From a virus (lineage: Duplodnaviria; Caudoviricetes): 45,317 bases of DNA. The notes beneath the pieces are model-generated. The model was given only the letters and a program-made list of their open reading frames with translations, ran no database searches and was not told the origin of the DNA. The DNA lies in IMG/VR virus record IMGVR_UViG_3300032332_001882, positions 1-45,317 of that record. One strand, 5' to 3'. Numbering within the stretch: the stretch's first letter is position 1; the number at the start of each line of letters is the position of its first letter. Below are positions 16,450 to 25,799 of the stretch, in pieces. A program made the translations under genes and the position numbers.

Positions 16450-18480
16450 ATGTCTGAATATCTATCTTTTCATTTGTCAGATTCTTTTATTGAAGAGTAC
16501 GTGAATAAGCCTGTTGATTGGGGTTTTGATATAGGTGCAGGAAATTCACTTAGTGAACTAACCTTTTTAACTAAGTATAGTAGAAAAAAGGAAGATGGTA
16601 CAAAAGAAAAGTGGTATGAGGTTTGCCGGCGCTGTATTGAAGGTATGTACTCAATACTTAAAGATCATTGTGCCTATCAGAGAACTCCATGGAATGAGTT
16701 TAAGGCACAAAAGGCCGCCCAAGATGCATTCGACAGAATGTTTCACTTTAAATGGACGCCACCTGGTCGCGGTATGTGGGCCATGGGAACGGAATATGTT
16801 CATCTGAATCAGTCAAACTCAAGTCTGAATAATTGTGCATTCATCTCAACAGAGAAGCTTTCCAATCACTCAGCCTATGAAGCTACCATGCCATTTGCCC
16901 GACTGATGGAAATGTCCATGAATGGTGTTGGCGTTGGCTTCGACACCAAGGGCGCTGGAAAGCTAATAATCTCCGAACCAACTGGTGATCCAGTTTCTTT
17001 CGTTGTTCCAGATACGAGAGAAGGTTGGGCTGAATCAATTTCAACTCAACTTGAGTCATTCTTTTTCAAGAATCGCCAGCCCATCAGTTTTGATTATTCT
17101 GAAATTCGTCCCGCTGGTTCACCGCTTAAGTCATTTGGTGGAACGGCATCTGGCCCAGGTCCATTAATGGACGTTCACGAATCTATTAATAAGCAGTTTG
17201 CTGGTCGCCACGGTGAAAAGATTAGTAGTCGTGACATCGTTGACATTATGAACAAGATTGGCAAGGCGGTTGTTGCCGGTGGCGCTCGTCGCTCAGCTTT
17301 AATTGCGCTTGGTGAATCAGAAGATGAGGACTACGTAAATCTTAAGAACTGGGAGCTTCCAGAAAACGCCGAGAGAACTGGCGCCGATGGTTGGGCTTGG
17401 ACAAGCAATAACTCCGTACTTGTTAACTCGGGTGACGAGCTTGATCATTTGGTTGACAAAATTGCTATTAATGGAGAGCCGGGTGTGATCTGGCTGGACA
17501 TGATGAGGAAGTTCGGAAGAATTGCTGATGTTGAGAATAATAAGGATTCCCGAGTTTCTGGTTGTAACCCATGTGCAGAGATTTCTCTTGAGTCACATGA
17601 GTTCTGCTGTCTAGTTGAACTTTATCCATCAAAGCATGAGAGTTTCGCTGACTTCAAGAAGTCGATCAAGCACGCCTATATGTATGCCAAAGCCGTAACT
17701 CTTATGCCTTCAACTTGGGCTGAGACTAACGAGGTTATTACTCGTAACCGTAGAATTGGCATTTCCATGACTGGAATTGTTGACTTCATTGAAAGTCATA
17801 GCTGGTCTGATATGCAGTACTGGATGGACGAAGGATATCAGTATCTAAACTTCGTTGATACAAAGTACAGCGAGTGGCTTGGAGTTAGAAATTCTGTTAA
17901 ATTAACAACTGTTAAGCCAGCTGGAACGACTTCTATTATTGCCGGAACAACTTCTGGCGTTCACTGGCCGACGACATCAGGATTCTATATTCGAAGAATT
18001 AGATTCCATAAGACGGATCCATTGATTCCAATTCTCAAGAAGGCTGGATATCACGTTGAGGATGATGTGATGGATTCTAAATCAACAGCTGTAGCGTCAT
18101 TCCCAACAAGGGGTCTTGATGTTCGATCTGAGCTCGATGTTTCAATTTGGGAAAAGGCTTCTCTGGCTGCGATGGCTCAGCGTTATTGGGCTGATAACAT
18201 GGTCTCAGTAACGGTCTCATTTAAAGAGTCAGAGCGTCAGGAAATTTCTCCATTGCTTAGATCACTTCAAGGTCAAGTAAAGAGCCTTTCCTTCCTTCCA
18301 ATTAGTGAAGAAGGAACTTCATATGCCCAAGCTCCATATGAGCCAATCTCTGAAGAAGAGGCTCTTAAAATGATGAAGAAGATTAAACCACTTGATCTTA
18401 AAGCTCTTTACACAAAGGCCGAAGATGGTCTTGGTGAAAAGTTCTGCACCACAGATTCTTGTGAGATTGATCTTGGATGA
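16450..18480 (+). CDS. nrdJ: Class II adenosylcobalamin-dependent ribonucleoside-triphosphate reductase (monomeric RTPR type)
   Basis: PPGRGMW, NNCAF, GVGVGFD, RRSA, NPCAE, TTVKPAGT, C-terminal CTTDSC; GGAGG RBS. Confidence 0.95.
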   Translation: MSEYLSFHLSDSFIEEYVNKPVDWGFDIGAGNSLSELTFLTKYSRKKEDGTKEKWYEVCRRCIEGMYSILKDHCAYQRTPWNEFKAQKAAQDAFDRMFHFKWTPPGRGMWAMGTEYVHLNQSNSSLNNCAFISTEKLSNHSAYEATMPFARLMEMSMNGVGVGFDTKGAGKLIISEPTGDPVSFVVPDTREGWAESISTQLESFFFKNRQPISFDYSEIRPAGSPLKSFGGTASGPGPLMDVHESINKQFAGRHGEKISSRDIVDIMNKIGKAVVAGGARRSALIALGESEDEDYVNLKNWELPENAERTGADGWAWTSNNSVLVNSGDELDHLVDKIAINGEPGVIWLDMMRKFGRIADVENNKDSRVSGCNPCAEISLESHEFCCLVELYPSKHESFADFKKSIKHAYMYAKAVTLMPSTWAETNEVITRNRRIGISMTGIVDFIESHSWSDMQYWMDEGYQYLNFVDTKYSEWLGVRNSVKLTTVKPAGTTSIIAGTTSGVHWPTTSGFYIRRIRFHKTDPLIPILKKAGYHVEDDVMDSKSTAVASFPTRGLDVRSELDVSIWEKASLAAMAQRYWADNMVSVTVSFKESERQEISPLLRSLQGQVKSLSFLPISEEGTSYAQAPYEPISEEEALKMMKKIKPLDLKALYTKAEDGLGEKFCTTDSCEIDLG

Positions 18481-18758
18481 AGCATATGCACAACAGAGAG
18501 AGTCTTTATAGATTCCTCTGGGAACATAGAAATCAAAAAAATGTAGTAGCGCTCTCGCAGGGAGAGATAGCTAAAAAATTTGGAATATCTTATCAAAGAC
18601 TCTCAATAGTTATGAGAGAGTTTCAAGATATGAATATAATTCATAAATATAAACACGAATTTCTGCTTCGCTATGACCCAGATAAGATTCCATGGGGAGA
18701 AGAGTTTGATAAGTTTAGATCGGAATATATTTCCTCAAAGAACAAGGAGCAAAAGTGA
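18477..18758 (+). CDS. Winged-helix/HTH DNA-binding protein
   Basis: LSQGEIAKKFGISYQRLSIVMREF. Confidence 0.7.
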   Translation: MKHMHNRESLYRFLWEHRNQKNVVALSQGEIAKKFGISYQRLSIVMREFQDMNIIHKYKHEFLLRYDPDKIPWGEEFDKFRSEYISSKNKEQK

Positions 18759-19243
18759 AGAATCAACTAATTGGCCTATTTGAGAAGGCCGCAACAACTT
18801 ATATTGAAGCCCTTATTGCAGTAGTCGCAGCATCGTCAACTCTTGGCGTATCTGTGCTACAGAGCGCAGCAATTGCGGCCATTCCAGCGGCGCTTACAGT
18901 AATTGCTAATGGCATACCTCAGCCTCCAGTCAATTTGCCATTTTACACCGATATGGCTTTTAGAACTATTCGTACATATGTTGTTTCTTTTGTAGGTATC
19001 CTTGTTGCGATGCCAATGTTTGACTTCTCAATATCAATCCTACAGACAGCTGCTCTAGGCGCACTACCGGCAGCATTTGCCGTAATTAAGGGCATCGTGG
19101 CTGGCCGTATGGGCAACAAGGAAACGTCGGCATTACTTCCATTACGCTACGACCAGCAGATGCCAGCTCTCCAGGTTGGCGCTATCGTTCCGTGGCCCGA
19201 TGCAACTGACGCAACCGAGCCGACCGATCAGCCAGAGGCGTGA
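18755..19243 (+). CDS. Holin-like membrane protein (tandem r1t-holin-like repeats)
   Basis: Two repeats, EKAATTYIEALI..AAIAAIPAALTVI and RTIRTYVVSFV..AALGALPAAFAVIKG; four TM segments. Confidence 0.6.
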   Translation: MKNQLIGLFEKAATTYIEALIAVVAASSTLGVSVLQSAAIAAIPAALTVIANGIPQPPVNLPFYTDMAFRTIRTYVVSFVGILVAMPMFDFSISILQTAALGALPAAFAVIKGIVAGRMGNKETSALLPLRYDQQMPALQVGAIVPWPDATDATEPTDQPEA

Positions 19244-19299
19244 TAAGGGGCCTGACGGCACCGCCTCTACGCCCGAGGTCTCGTCGTCACAAAAAGCGC

Positions 19300-19328
19300 T
19301 TGACGACACCGATCATCCATGCTACAAT
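19300..19328 (+). promoter_or_regulatory. Housekeeping-sigma (sigma70/SigA) promoter giving a leaderless mRNA
   Basis: TTGACG-N17-TACAAT with extended -10 TG; ATG 19335 starts 6 nt after the -10. Confidence 0.75.
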
Positions 19329-19334
19329 CCGTAT

Positions 19335-19676
19335 ATGGAACAATTTTTTAATCCGATTATTGAAGAAATTGAATCTAGATTAACTAAACTTGGACTCTAT
19401 CTTAGTAATGTTGAGGCTGGAGCAGTTCCAGTTAGCGAAGATGTTTCTAAAGAAATAATTGATGGAGCAGATCCTGAGCAGATGATCATGGATGAATCCA
19501 AGATCTCTCTATATCTAACTTCAGTATTTAATATATCTGATTTAGCTTGGTCTGATAGGGTGATAAACCCATCCTCTTACGAGGAAGAAAAACAATTCAA
19601 GATGATTGCTCCAACTGAATTTGAGATAAGTTTTGAATCATTTAAAGATGAAATCTTAAATTGGGATGACGATTGA
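19335..19676 (+). CDS. Acidic hypothetical protein
   Basis: Start MEQFF at 19335 is supported by the promoter position. Confidence 0.7.
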   Translation: MEQFFNPIIEEIESRLTKLGLYLSNVEAGAVPVSEDVSKEIIDGADPEQMIMDESKISLYLTSVFNISDLAWSDRVINPSSYEEEKQFKMIAPTEFEISFESFKDEILNWDDD

Positions 19677-19711
19677 GATTATCGATTTGGCAAATGTAAT
19701 AACATTCGATT

Positions 19712-20089
19712 GTGAAACATTTGTCAATAGAAGATTTTGATATTAATATCACTGTTGATGCCATATCCCCATCCATGTTATGGGAATCAAGATTTGTAGA
19801 ATTTGATAGAACAAAAGAATCCCAAAGGTTATATTACGATATGAGCATTAATCATCGAGATGCAATAGCTGAAAGAATCAAAAGAGCCACAGCAGTCATG
19901 TATGATACTGTTGATGAATGGATTCCTGACGCTATCAGCCTATCAGATGATGGAACCTGTATTAAGATTGAGTTTAATCTTGTATTAGGCAAGGTTGATA
20001 TTGATGTTGAAAACAAGAATCGTGCAACAACCTTCAAATTGATGGAGGTGAAGAAAGAGATTGAATCTCTTTTAGAGGATGAAGCCTAG
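19712..20089 (+). CDS. Hypothetical protein
   Basis: 125-aa ORF in the operon. Confidence 0.7.
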   Translation: MKHLSIEDFDINITVDAISPSMLWESRFVEFDRTKESQRLYYDMSINHRDAIAERIKRATAVMYDTVDEWIPDAISLSDDGTCIKIEFNLVLGKVDIDVENKNRATTFKLMEVKKEIESLLEDEA

Positions 20090-20441
20090 TACAGCAAAGA
20101 GAAAAGGCTCAGAAACTGAAGTTAAATATGTTGAATACTTAAAGCGTAATGGTGTCCCAAATGCGGAAAGACGCCATTTGAACGGAGTTTTTGATAAGGG
20201 TGATATTGCCGGCTGGAATGCGCCAGACGCATCTTGGAATGTTGTCGTAGAAGTTAAGTCCGGAGCTTCACTTAAGATTCCTCAATGGCTCGCTGAGCTT
20301 GATGCTGAAATTAGCAATGCCAACGCTGAGACTGGTCATATAGTTGTGAGACCAAAAGGTAAACCAAATCCGGAAGATTGGTTTGCGGTAATGCCAGTAT
20401 CCATACTTATGGAATTAATGAAAAAGGCCGGTTATGTATAG
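20079..20441 (+). CDS. Holliday junction resolvase (PD-(D/E)xK type)
   Basis: AKRKGSETE..AERR..DKGDI..VVEVK..W..E. Confidence 0.85.
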   Translation: MKPSTAKRKGSETEVKYVEYLKRNGVPNAERRHLNGVFDKGDIAGWNAPDASWNVVVEVKSGASLKIPQWLAELDAEISNANAETGHIVVRPKGKPNPEDWFAVMPVSILMELMKKAGYV

Positions 20442-20661
20442 CGCCATCGGATGGGTCGGCACAGCGTTGATTTTGCTGGCATATGTCCAAGCGACGAGGG
20501 CGGTCTGGCCAGCCCATGAACGCATAGGCGCGACGATCAATCTCGTTGGAGCCGCTTTGTTAGCCATCAGCGCTTGGCATTATCAAGCATTTCCAAATGT
20601 TGCTCTTGAAGTTGTATTTGGCGGCATAGCTGGAATAACTATATATAGAACATTAAGATAA
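20434..20661 (+). CDS. Small 3-TM membrane protein (CBU_0592/SemiSWEET-like)
   Basis: IGWVGTALILLAY..NLVGAALL..AFPNVALEVVF; stop overlaps the first glycosyltransferase start. Confidence 0.65.
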   Translation: MYSAIGWVGTALILLAYVQATRAVWPAHERIGATINLVGAALLAISAWHYQAFPNVALEVVFGGIAGITIYRTLR

Positions 20662-21365
20662 TGAATATAATTATTGGATGTCCATTCTCTGATAGAACTT
20701 GGATTTTGGATAGATGGTTAGAACATATTTATACATCATTTGATAAAGCTGGAATTATTCCTAGTTTTATTTTTGTCGTTGGAAGCGGAAATCCAAACGA
20801 TATTGATGCATTATCTAAAATAGATAAGTCTACAATCAGAGTCGTATCTGAGCCAGAGAGAGAAGATCTCAGAAAGTGGAATCATGGCAGATATGAACAT
20901 ATGGCATTTCTTAGAAACGAACTTCTCTCTCTAGTAAGAGAGAAAAAACCAGATCTTTTTTTGAGCCTAGATTCAGACATTCTTCTAGCTCCAGACGCGG
21001 TTGATTCAGCTATCAATGCCTTAGATCTCCATACAGATGCTTGGGCTGTTGGAATGAAATGTTACATGAGTCAAACATCAACAGTTCATCCAAGTATGGG
21101 AATTTGGTCTGACATTAACAGAATAAGATATCGAAGAGTTGATGGCGATGATATTGCCAGTGTTGATATTATTATGGCTGCAAAATTAATGAAGCCTGAA
21201 GCTTACAATATTGATTATGTTTTTCATCGTAATGGAGAAGATTTAGGATGGTGTTCTGAGATTAAATCAGCTGGTGGAAAGCTAATATGGGATGGTCGCG
21301 TTACTAATAAGCATGTAATGGGACCAAACTTTCTTGAAGCAATTGATAAGAGGGCTGGATTTTGA
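20661..21365 (+). CDS. Glycosyltransferase (GT-A fold, GT2-like)
   Basis: IIIGCP, LRN, DxD motif LSLDSDIL, GEDLGW. Confidence 0.85.
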   Translation: MNIIIGCPFSDRTWILDRWLEHIYTSFDKAGIIPSFIFVVGSGNPNDIDALSKIDKSTIRVVSEPEREDLRKWNHGRYEHMAFLRNELLSLVREKKPDLFLSLDSDILLAPDAVDSAINALDLHTDAWAVGMKCYMSQTSTVHPSMGIWSDINRIRYRRVDGDDIASVDIIMAAKLMKPEAYNIDYVFHRNGEDLGWCSEIKSAGGKLIWDGRVTNKHVMGPNFLEAIDKRAGF

Positions 21366-22147
21366 ATATTGAATTAGTTGTAATTAATTACAGAACGTAT
21401 CCGGAGTTGCAAAGATTTATTGATTCATATATCAAATTTCAGCCAAATACTGAATCGCATTTAACTATTATTGATGTTGATTCTTTGGATGAATTTGATT
21501 CAATCTCAATTCCTGATGAGATGCAGGAAAAGATTAGCGTAGTTAGAACTGACTGGAATCTTGGCTATGCCCTTTCCTGCAACTATGGAGCATATACATC
21601 AGATTCTGATATTATTGCATTCTTTAATGCTGATACGGAATTTGTTGACAGTGAATGCGTTGATTATTGCGTAAACTTCCTAGACGAGCATGATCAGGTT
21701 GCTATTGTCGGTCCAATGCAATACGATTCCAGTGGCCTATGTACTCATGGTGGAATCTTTGGAACACTTGATAATCCGGTGCATAATGGATGGAAATCCA
21801 ATGATTTAGATAGAATGATTTTCAATAAGAAAGCCGTAACAGTTTCTGGATCAGCCTTCTTCATGAAAAGATCGGTTTGGTCCGAACTCACAAACTGTGA
21901 GATTTATAGATCACTTCATCCAGATGTTGTTGGGGCATTCTTGCCGACTCCTCACTATTTTGAAGAAACTGGATGCGCTTATCACGCTCAGTCTCACGGT
22001 TATGAGGTCTGGTATCTTGGCGAAGCCAGAATGATTCATCAGTGGCATAAATCATCCCCGGTTGGGTCAGCAGTCGATCAGAAATTTCATGAATCAAAAC
22101 AAATATTTGTAGAGTTTTGTGAAGCGCATGGAATAGATCATGACTAA
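21362..22147 (+). CDS. Glycosyltransferase family 2 (WbbL/rhamnosyltransferase-like)
   Basis: VVINYRT, NLGYALSCNYG, FFNADT, VSGSAFF, YFEET. Confidence 0.9.
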   Translation: MNIELVVINYRTYPELQRFIDSYIKFQPNTESHLTIIDVDSLDEFDSISIPDEMQEKISVVRTDWNLGYALSCNYGAYTSDSDIIAFFNADTEFVDSECVDYCVNFLDEHDQVAIVGPMQYDSSGLCTHGGIFGTLDNPVHNGWKSNDLDRMIFNKKAVTVSGSAFFMKRSVWSELTNCEIYRSLHPDVVGAFLPTPHYFEETGCAYHAQSHGYEVWYLGEARMIHQWHKSSPVGSAVDQKFHESKQIFVEFCEAHGIDHD

Positions 22148-22868
22148 ATTATGTGGAATATTAGTCATAAAAAATGAGGCTGATAGATATTTGAAATCTT
22201 GTCTAGAGTGGATGTCTCCATTATTTTCTGATTTATTTATATATGATGATATTTCTGATGATAATTCTGTTGAGATTGCAAAAGAATATGGAACGGTTGT
22301 TGTAAGAAACAAAAGCATTTCATCTTTCATTGACAATGAGTCAGAGTTCAGATTCTCTGCATGGAAATCATTTGAAGAAACCCTTTCGCCATCAGAAGGT
22401 GATTGGGTTCTTTCTTTTGATGCTGATGAATTTCTTGTTGGATCTGAAAATCTAAATCTAGCAATTGATACAGCAAAAAATGAAGGACATATTGGTGTCT
22501 CAATACCATTTCCAGAAATATTTGATATCATCGATGATATTCCATACATGAGAATAGATGGTCTTTGGAATAAGATTAGGGGACCAAGACTCTTTGAATA
22601 CAGATATAATGCAAATTGGAATAATAAAAAAATGGGCTGTGGATCAGAGCCTACATATGTATCAAATTCCAAAGTAAGTCGAAAAAATTTCGATATAAAT
22701 GTATTGCACTATGGCTACGCTAACAAAAAAGATAGAGACGCGAAATGGAATAGATATAGTAATCTTTCATTTCATGGCCATAATGATTCACATATTAAGT
22801 CAATTATAGAAACTCCAATATTAGAACCCTGGACTGGGGATATTCCTAAGGTTAAATATGGACAATAA
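22140..22868 (+). CDS. Glycosyltransferase family 2
   Basis: VIKNEADRYL, YDDISDDNS, WVLSFDADEF, LHYGY. Confidence 0.88.
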   Translation: MTKLCGILVIKNEADRYLKSCLEWMSPLFSDLFIYDDISDDNSVEIAKEYGTVVVRNKSISSFIDNESEFRFSAWKSFEETLSPSEGDWVLSFDADEFLVGSENLNLAIDTAKNEGHIGVSIPFPEIFDIIDDIPYMRIDGLWNKIRGPRLFEYRYNANWNNKKMGCGSEPTYVSNSKVSRKNFDINVLHYGYANKKDRDAKWNRYSNLSFHGHNDSHIKSIIETPILEPWTGDIPKVKYGQ

Positions 22869-23526
22869 AATTGCTGTAATTACAGCTGTCGCTGGTGACT
22901 ATGATCATCGCGGTAGCAGTATATATGATGATAATGTTGACTATATTTATTTTACTGATGGATTATCAACTCCAATTGATAAAAATAAATGGATCATAGA
23001 AAAACTTCCAGATCTTCCTCTTGATCCAAGACGTTTATCGAAATTTCCAAAACTACATCCACACTATTTTTCAATTCTTAGAAAATACGATTACGTTATC
23101 TGGGTTGATGGATCAATGCAGATCCGTTCACCGAATTTTGTTAATGAAATTCTCTCATACCTAGATAACGGACTTGTGATATCTCCACATTTTGATGGAC
23201 GTGATTGTGGGTATGGCGAAGCAACGATTAGACCACTTAAATATGTAAATGAACCATTAGATGAGCAGACGGATTTCTATTACTATCAAAATTTTCCTGA
23301 GCATTTTGGACTATATGAGGCCGGTGTCCAAGCAAGAAATATGAAAATTTCCGCCGTGTGTGATCTTGGAGAGTTTTGGCTGGGGCAGAATTTGATGTGG
23401 TCATATCAGGACCAGGTGAGCTTTGGGTACAGTTTATGGAAAACTGGATTCGTTCCTGATGTGCTTCCAAAATCATTTAGAGAATTCAGATGGGTGCACA
23501 TAAACGCACACAAGTCGGAGAAGTGA
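22858..23526 (+). CDS. DUF616 (TOD1/MUCI70-like) glycosyltransferase
   Basis: VITAVAGDYD, YIYFTD, KFPKLHPH, IWVDGS, QDQVSF. Confidence 0.85.
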   Translation: MDNKIAVITAVAGDYDHRGSSIYDDNVDYIYFTDGLSTPIDKNKWIIEKLPDLPLDPRRLSKFPKLHPHYFSILRKYDYVIWVDGSMQIRSPNFVNEILSYLDNGLVISPHFDGRDCGYGEATIRPLKYVNEPLDEQTDFYYYQNFPEHFGLYEAGVQARNMKISAVCDLGEFWLGQNLMWSYQDQVSFGYSLWKTGFVPDVLPKSFREFRWVHINAHKSEK

Positions 23527-23527
23527 T

Positions 23528-24058
23528 ATGGGTGAAAGAAAATCATTAGAAGAAAATGACTGGTATGGTCATCATTTCAGATATCGACTTGCCTCTGGTT
23601 TCGCAGATCGTGGTGATGTAGTCCTTGATGCCGCTTGTGGAATCGGTTATGGAAGTCAATTTTTTGACGGTCTTGATCGAACCTACTTTGGGGTAGATAA
23701 GTATGCTGATGAAGTTGTCTGCTTTCATGGAGAGGGAAGAACTTTCTTTCAAGAAGATCTAAATGTCTGGAAGCCGTCATTTGATTATGATGTATTTATT
23801 AGCTTTGAAACTATTGAGCATGTTCAGGATTATTCAAATATAATACAAATTGCTCATCAAGCTAAAAAGTGGATCATTACCTCAGTTCCGGTAATTCCAA
23901 CTAAGCACATTAATGAGTGGCATTTGCATGATTTTGAGCCTGGTGAGCTTCCTTCTTATATTATTAATGACGACTGGGAGATGTATCAACCAGTTGGTCA
24001 GCCACTAGAATTTTCGGAAATATACGTTTTTAAGAGAAAGAGTTATGATGGGAAATAA
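23528..24058 (+). CDS. Class I SAM-dependent methyltransferase
   Basis: HHFRY, VLDAACGIGYG, SFETIEHV. Confidence 0.9.
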   Translation: MGERKSLEENDWYGHHFRYRLASGFADRGDVVLDAACGIGYGSQFFDGLDRTYFGVDKYADEVVCFHGEGRTFFQEDLNVWKPSFDYDVFISFETIEHVQDYSNIIQIAHQAKKWIITSVPVIPTKHINEWHLHDFEPGELPSYIINDDWEMYQPVGQPLEFSEIYVFKRKSYDGK

Positions 24059-24593
24059 TTTCGGAAAATGGGATAAGCACTATAAAGATCTTAAGGATCG
24101 AGATCACTATATAGATACCGAAACTTATTATATTGGATCTGACTGGCTTGAAGATTGTGAAACTGTAGAGGACTGGGGATGCGGCAAAGGTTGGTTTAAG
24201 CTTTGCTCAAAATCACCTAATGTCATTTCTATAGACGGATCACATACACCATTTGCGGATGTTGTTGTTGATCTTGAAGAGTATGTTTCAGATGTTGATG
24301 GAATTTTCATGAGAGCAGTTGCTGAGCATAATTTTAAGTGGAAGAAGATTCTTCAAAATGTTCTTGACTCTTTTACAAAAAAAGCTTTTGTTGCATTCTT
24401 TACTCCAATGAGTAACACTGAACTGGCTGAAGTTATCGATATGCCTGCTGGATATGATAATATTCCAGATATTTCTATTCCATCAAAAATTTGGGAAAAA
24501 ATGATTAAAGATTCTGGAGCTAAGTTTACTAAAAAGCAGATAGTTTCAGATACCGCTTATAAAACCGAAACTTACTATAAAATTTCGAAATAA
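24045..24593 (+). CDS. Class I SAM-dependent methyltransferase
   Basis: VEDWGCGKG, SIDGS, IFMRAVAEHN. Confidence 0.8.
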   Translation: MMGNNFGKWDKHYKDLKDRDHYIDTETYYIGSDWLEDCETVEDWGCGKGWFKLCSKSPNVISIDGSHTPFADVVVDLEEYVSDVDGIFMRAVAEHNFKWKKILQNVLDSFTKKAFVAFFTPMSNTELAEVIDMPAGYDNIPDISIPSKIWEKMIKDSGAKFTKKQIVSDTAYKTETYYKISK

Positions 24594-24634
24594 TTGTCCC
24601 TCAATATGGGACATAATTAGACGTTAAGATTAAT

Positions 24635-25288
24635 ATGACTGACGATTTTGATATTAGCCAAATCATCGATGATGCTGATGATTCAATTCCAACAGGTGTT
24701 GATGTAACAACTCCATCTGGCGCAACAATCATGGTGATGAATCAGTCAGAAGCTGATTACTACGATCAAGTTCATAAAAGATATCTGACTGATAATAAGT
24801 TTAAGAATGTATCAGATATTCTAGAGCTTGATAGAATTTTGATTATGGAACTAATGTGTTATCGTTGGGGTATCTGGATTCTTGCTGAAGAGGATTACTA
24901 TGGTCGCAAGATCAATCCTACTGAAGTTCAGAAATCTATCGAAACTTATTCTCGTGAGATTCGTGGTATTAAAAAAGATCTTGGAATAGATAAATCAACT
25001 AGAGATAAAGATAAGGGTGATTCCATAGCTGAATATATTCAGATGCTTGGAATTAGAGCTAAAGAGTTCGGAATCGTTAGAAATAAACAATCTGGAAAAG
25101 CGATTGAAATTCTTATGGAGGCAAGAGCTTTAATTACTTTATATGAAAATTCATCTGATTCTGAAAAAAAAGAATTTAAAGCAAATCTTCCTGATATTAT
25201 AGATTGGTTTAAAAATAAATTCGAAGAATTCGAAGAGATTGATAAAGAGTTAAGAAAAAATCAATCTATGTGGATTAGAGATATATAA
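24635..25288 (+). CDS. Probable terminase small subunit (positional call)
   Basis: Helical protein two genes upstream of terL; follows a GACGTTAA promoter motif. Confidence 0.5.
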   Translation: MTDDFDISQIIDDADDSIPTGVDVTTPSGATIMVMNQSEADYYDQVHKRYLTDNKFKNVSDILELDRILIMELMCYRWGIWILAEEDYYGRKINPTEVQKSIETYSREIRGIKKDLGIDKSTRDKDKGDSIAEYIQMLGIRAKEFGIVRNKQSGKAIEILMEARALITLYENSSDSEKKEFKANLPDIIDWFKNKFEEFEEIDKELRKNQSMWIRDI

Positions 25289-25797
25289 TGTCTAAAAAAA
25301 AATCTTGGGAAAAAAGATACGAAACCATAAGATCCTCTTATCCAAACGTCGCTTCAGTTGATTGGTCATCAGCAATTCAAGATGATGACATATTCATTAA
25401 GATGCTTGGCGATGTCTTAAAATCTGAAAGAAAAGTTTCAACTCCTGGTAAAAGACCAAGCCTTAATAAGTCTGATGGAATTGATCGTTTAAATAAAATT
25501 CTTGATAGAGACTATTGCTCTTTTGAATTTCCAAAATCATTTAAAGCTATAGCAAATGGAAGATCAATTAGATCAATACATGCGAAAACCGGACTTAGTA
25601 AATCACATGTTCAAAGATTATTGTCTGGTCAAGATTTTCCATCTATCGAGACTATTGAAAAAATTGCGAATGGTTTCAATAAACATCCATCATATTTTTT
25701 AGAATATAGAATTTTTAAAGTTCTAGAATCATTTAATAATCTGATGTTGGAAAATCCAGAAACGGCAACAAATTGGTATAAGAAAATTCTGGGATAA
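25288..25797 (+). CDS. XRE-family HTH protein
   Basis: RSIRSIHAKTGLSKSHVQRLLSGQDFPSIETIEKIANGF. Confidence 0.8.
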   Translation: MSKKKSWEKRYETIRSSYPNVASVDWSSAIQDDDIFIKMLGDVLKSERKVSTPGKRPSLNKSDGIDRLNKILDRDYCSFEFPKSFKAIANGRSIRSIHAKTGLSKSHVQRLLSGQDFPSIETIEKIANGFNKHPSYFLEYRIFKVLESFNNLMLENPETATNWYKKILG

Positions 25798-25799
25798 AG

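Noticed and set aside
19176-19334. N-terminal extension of the 19176-19676 ORF
   Set aside because: Overlaps the holin-like gene and a near-consensus promoter that points to a leaderless start at 19335.
22094-22672. 192-aa antisense ORF, and other 60-120 aa antisense or off-frame ORFs in the track
   Set aside because: Shadows of well-supported genes with no motifs or RBS, unlike the 2889-3353 nested ORF.
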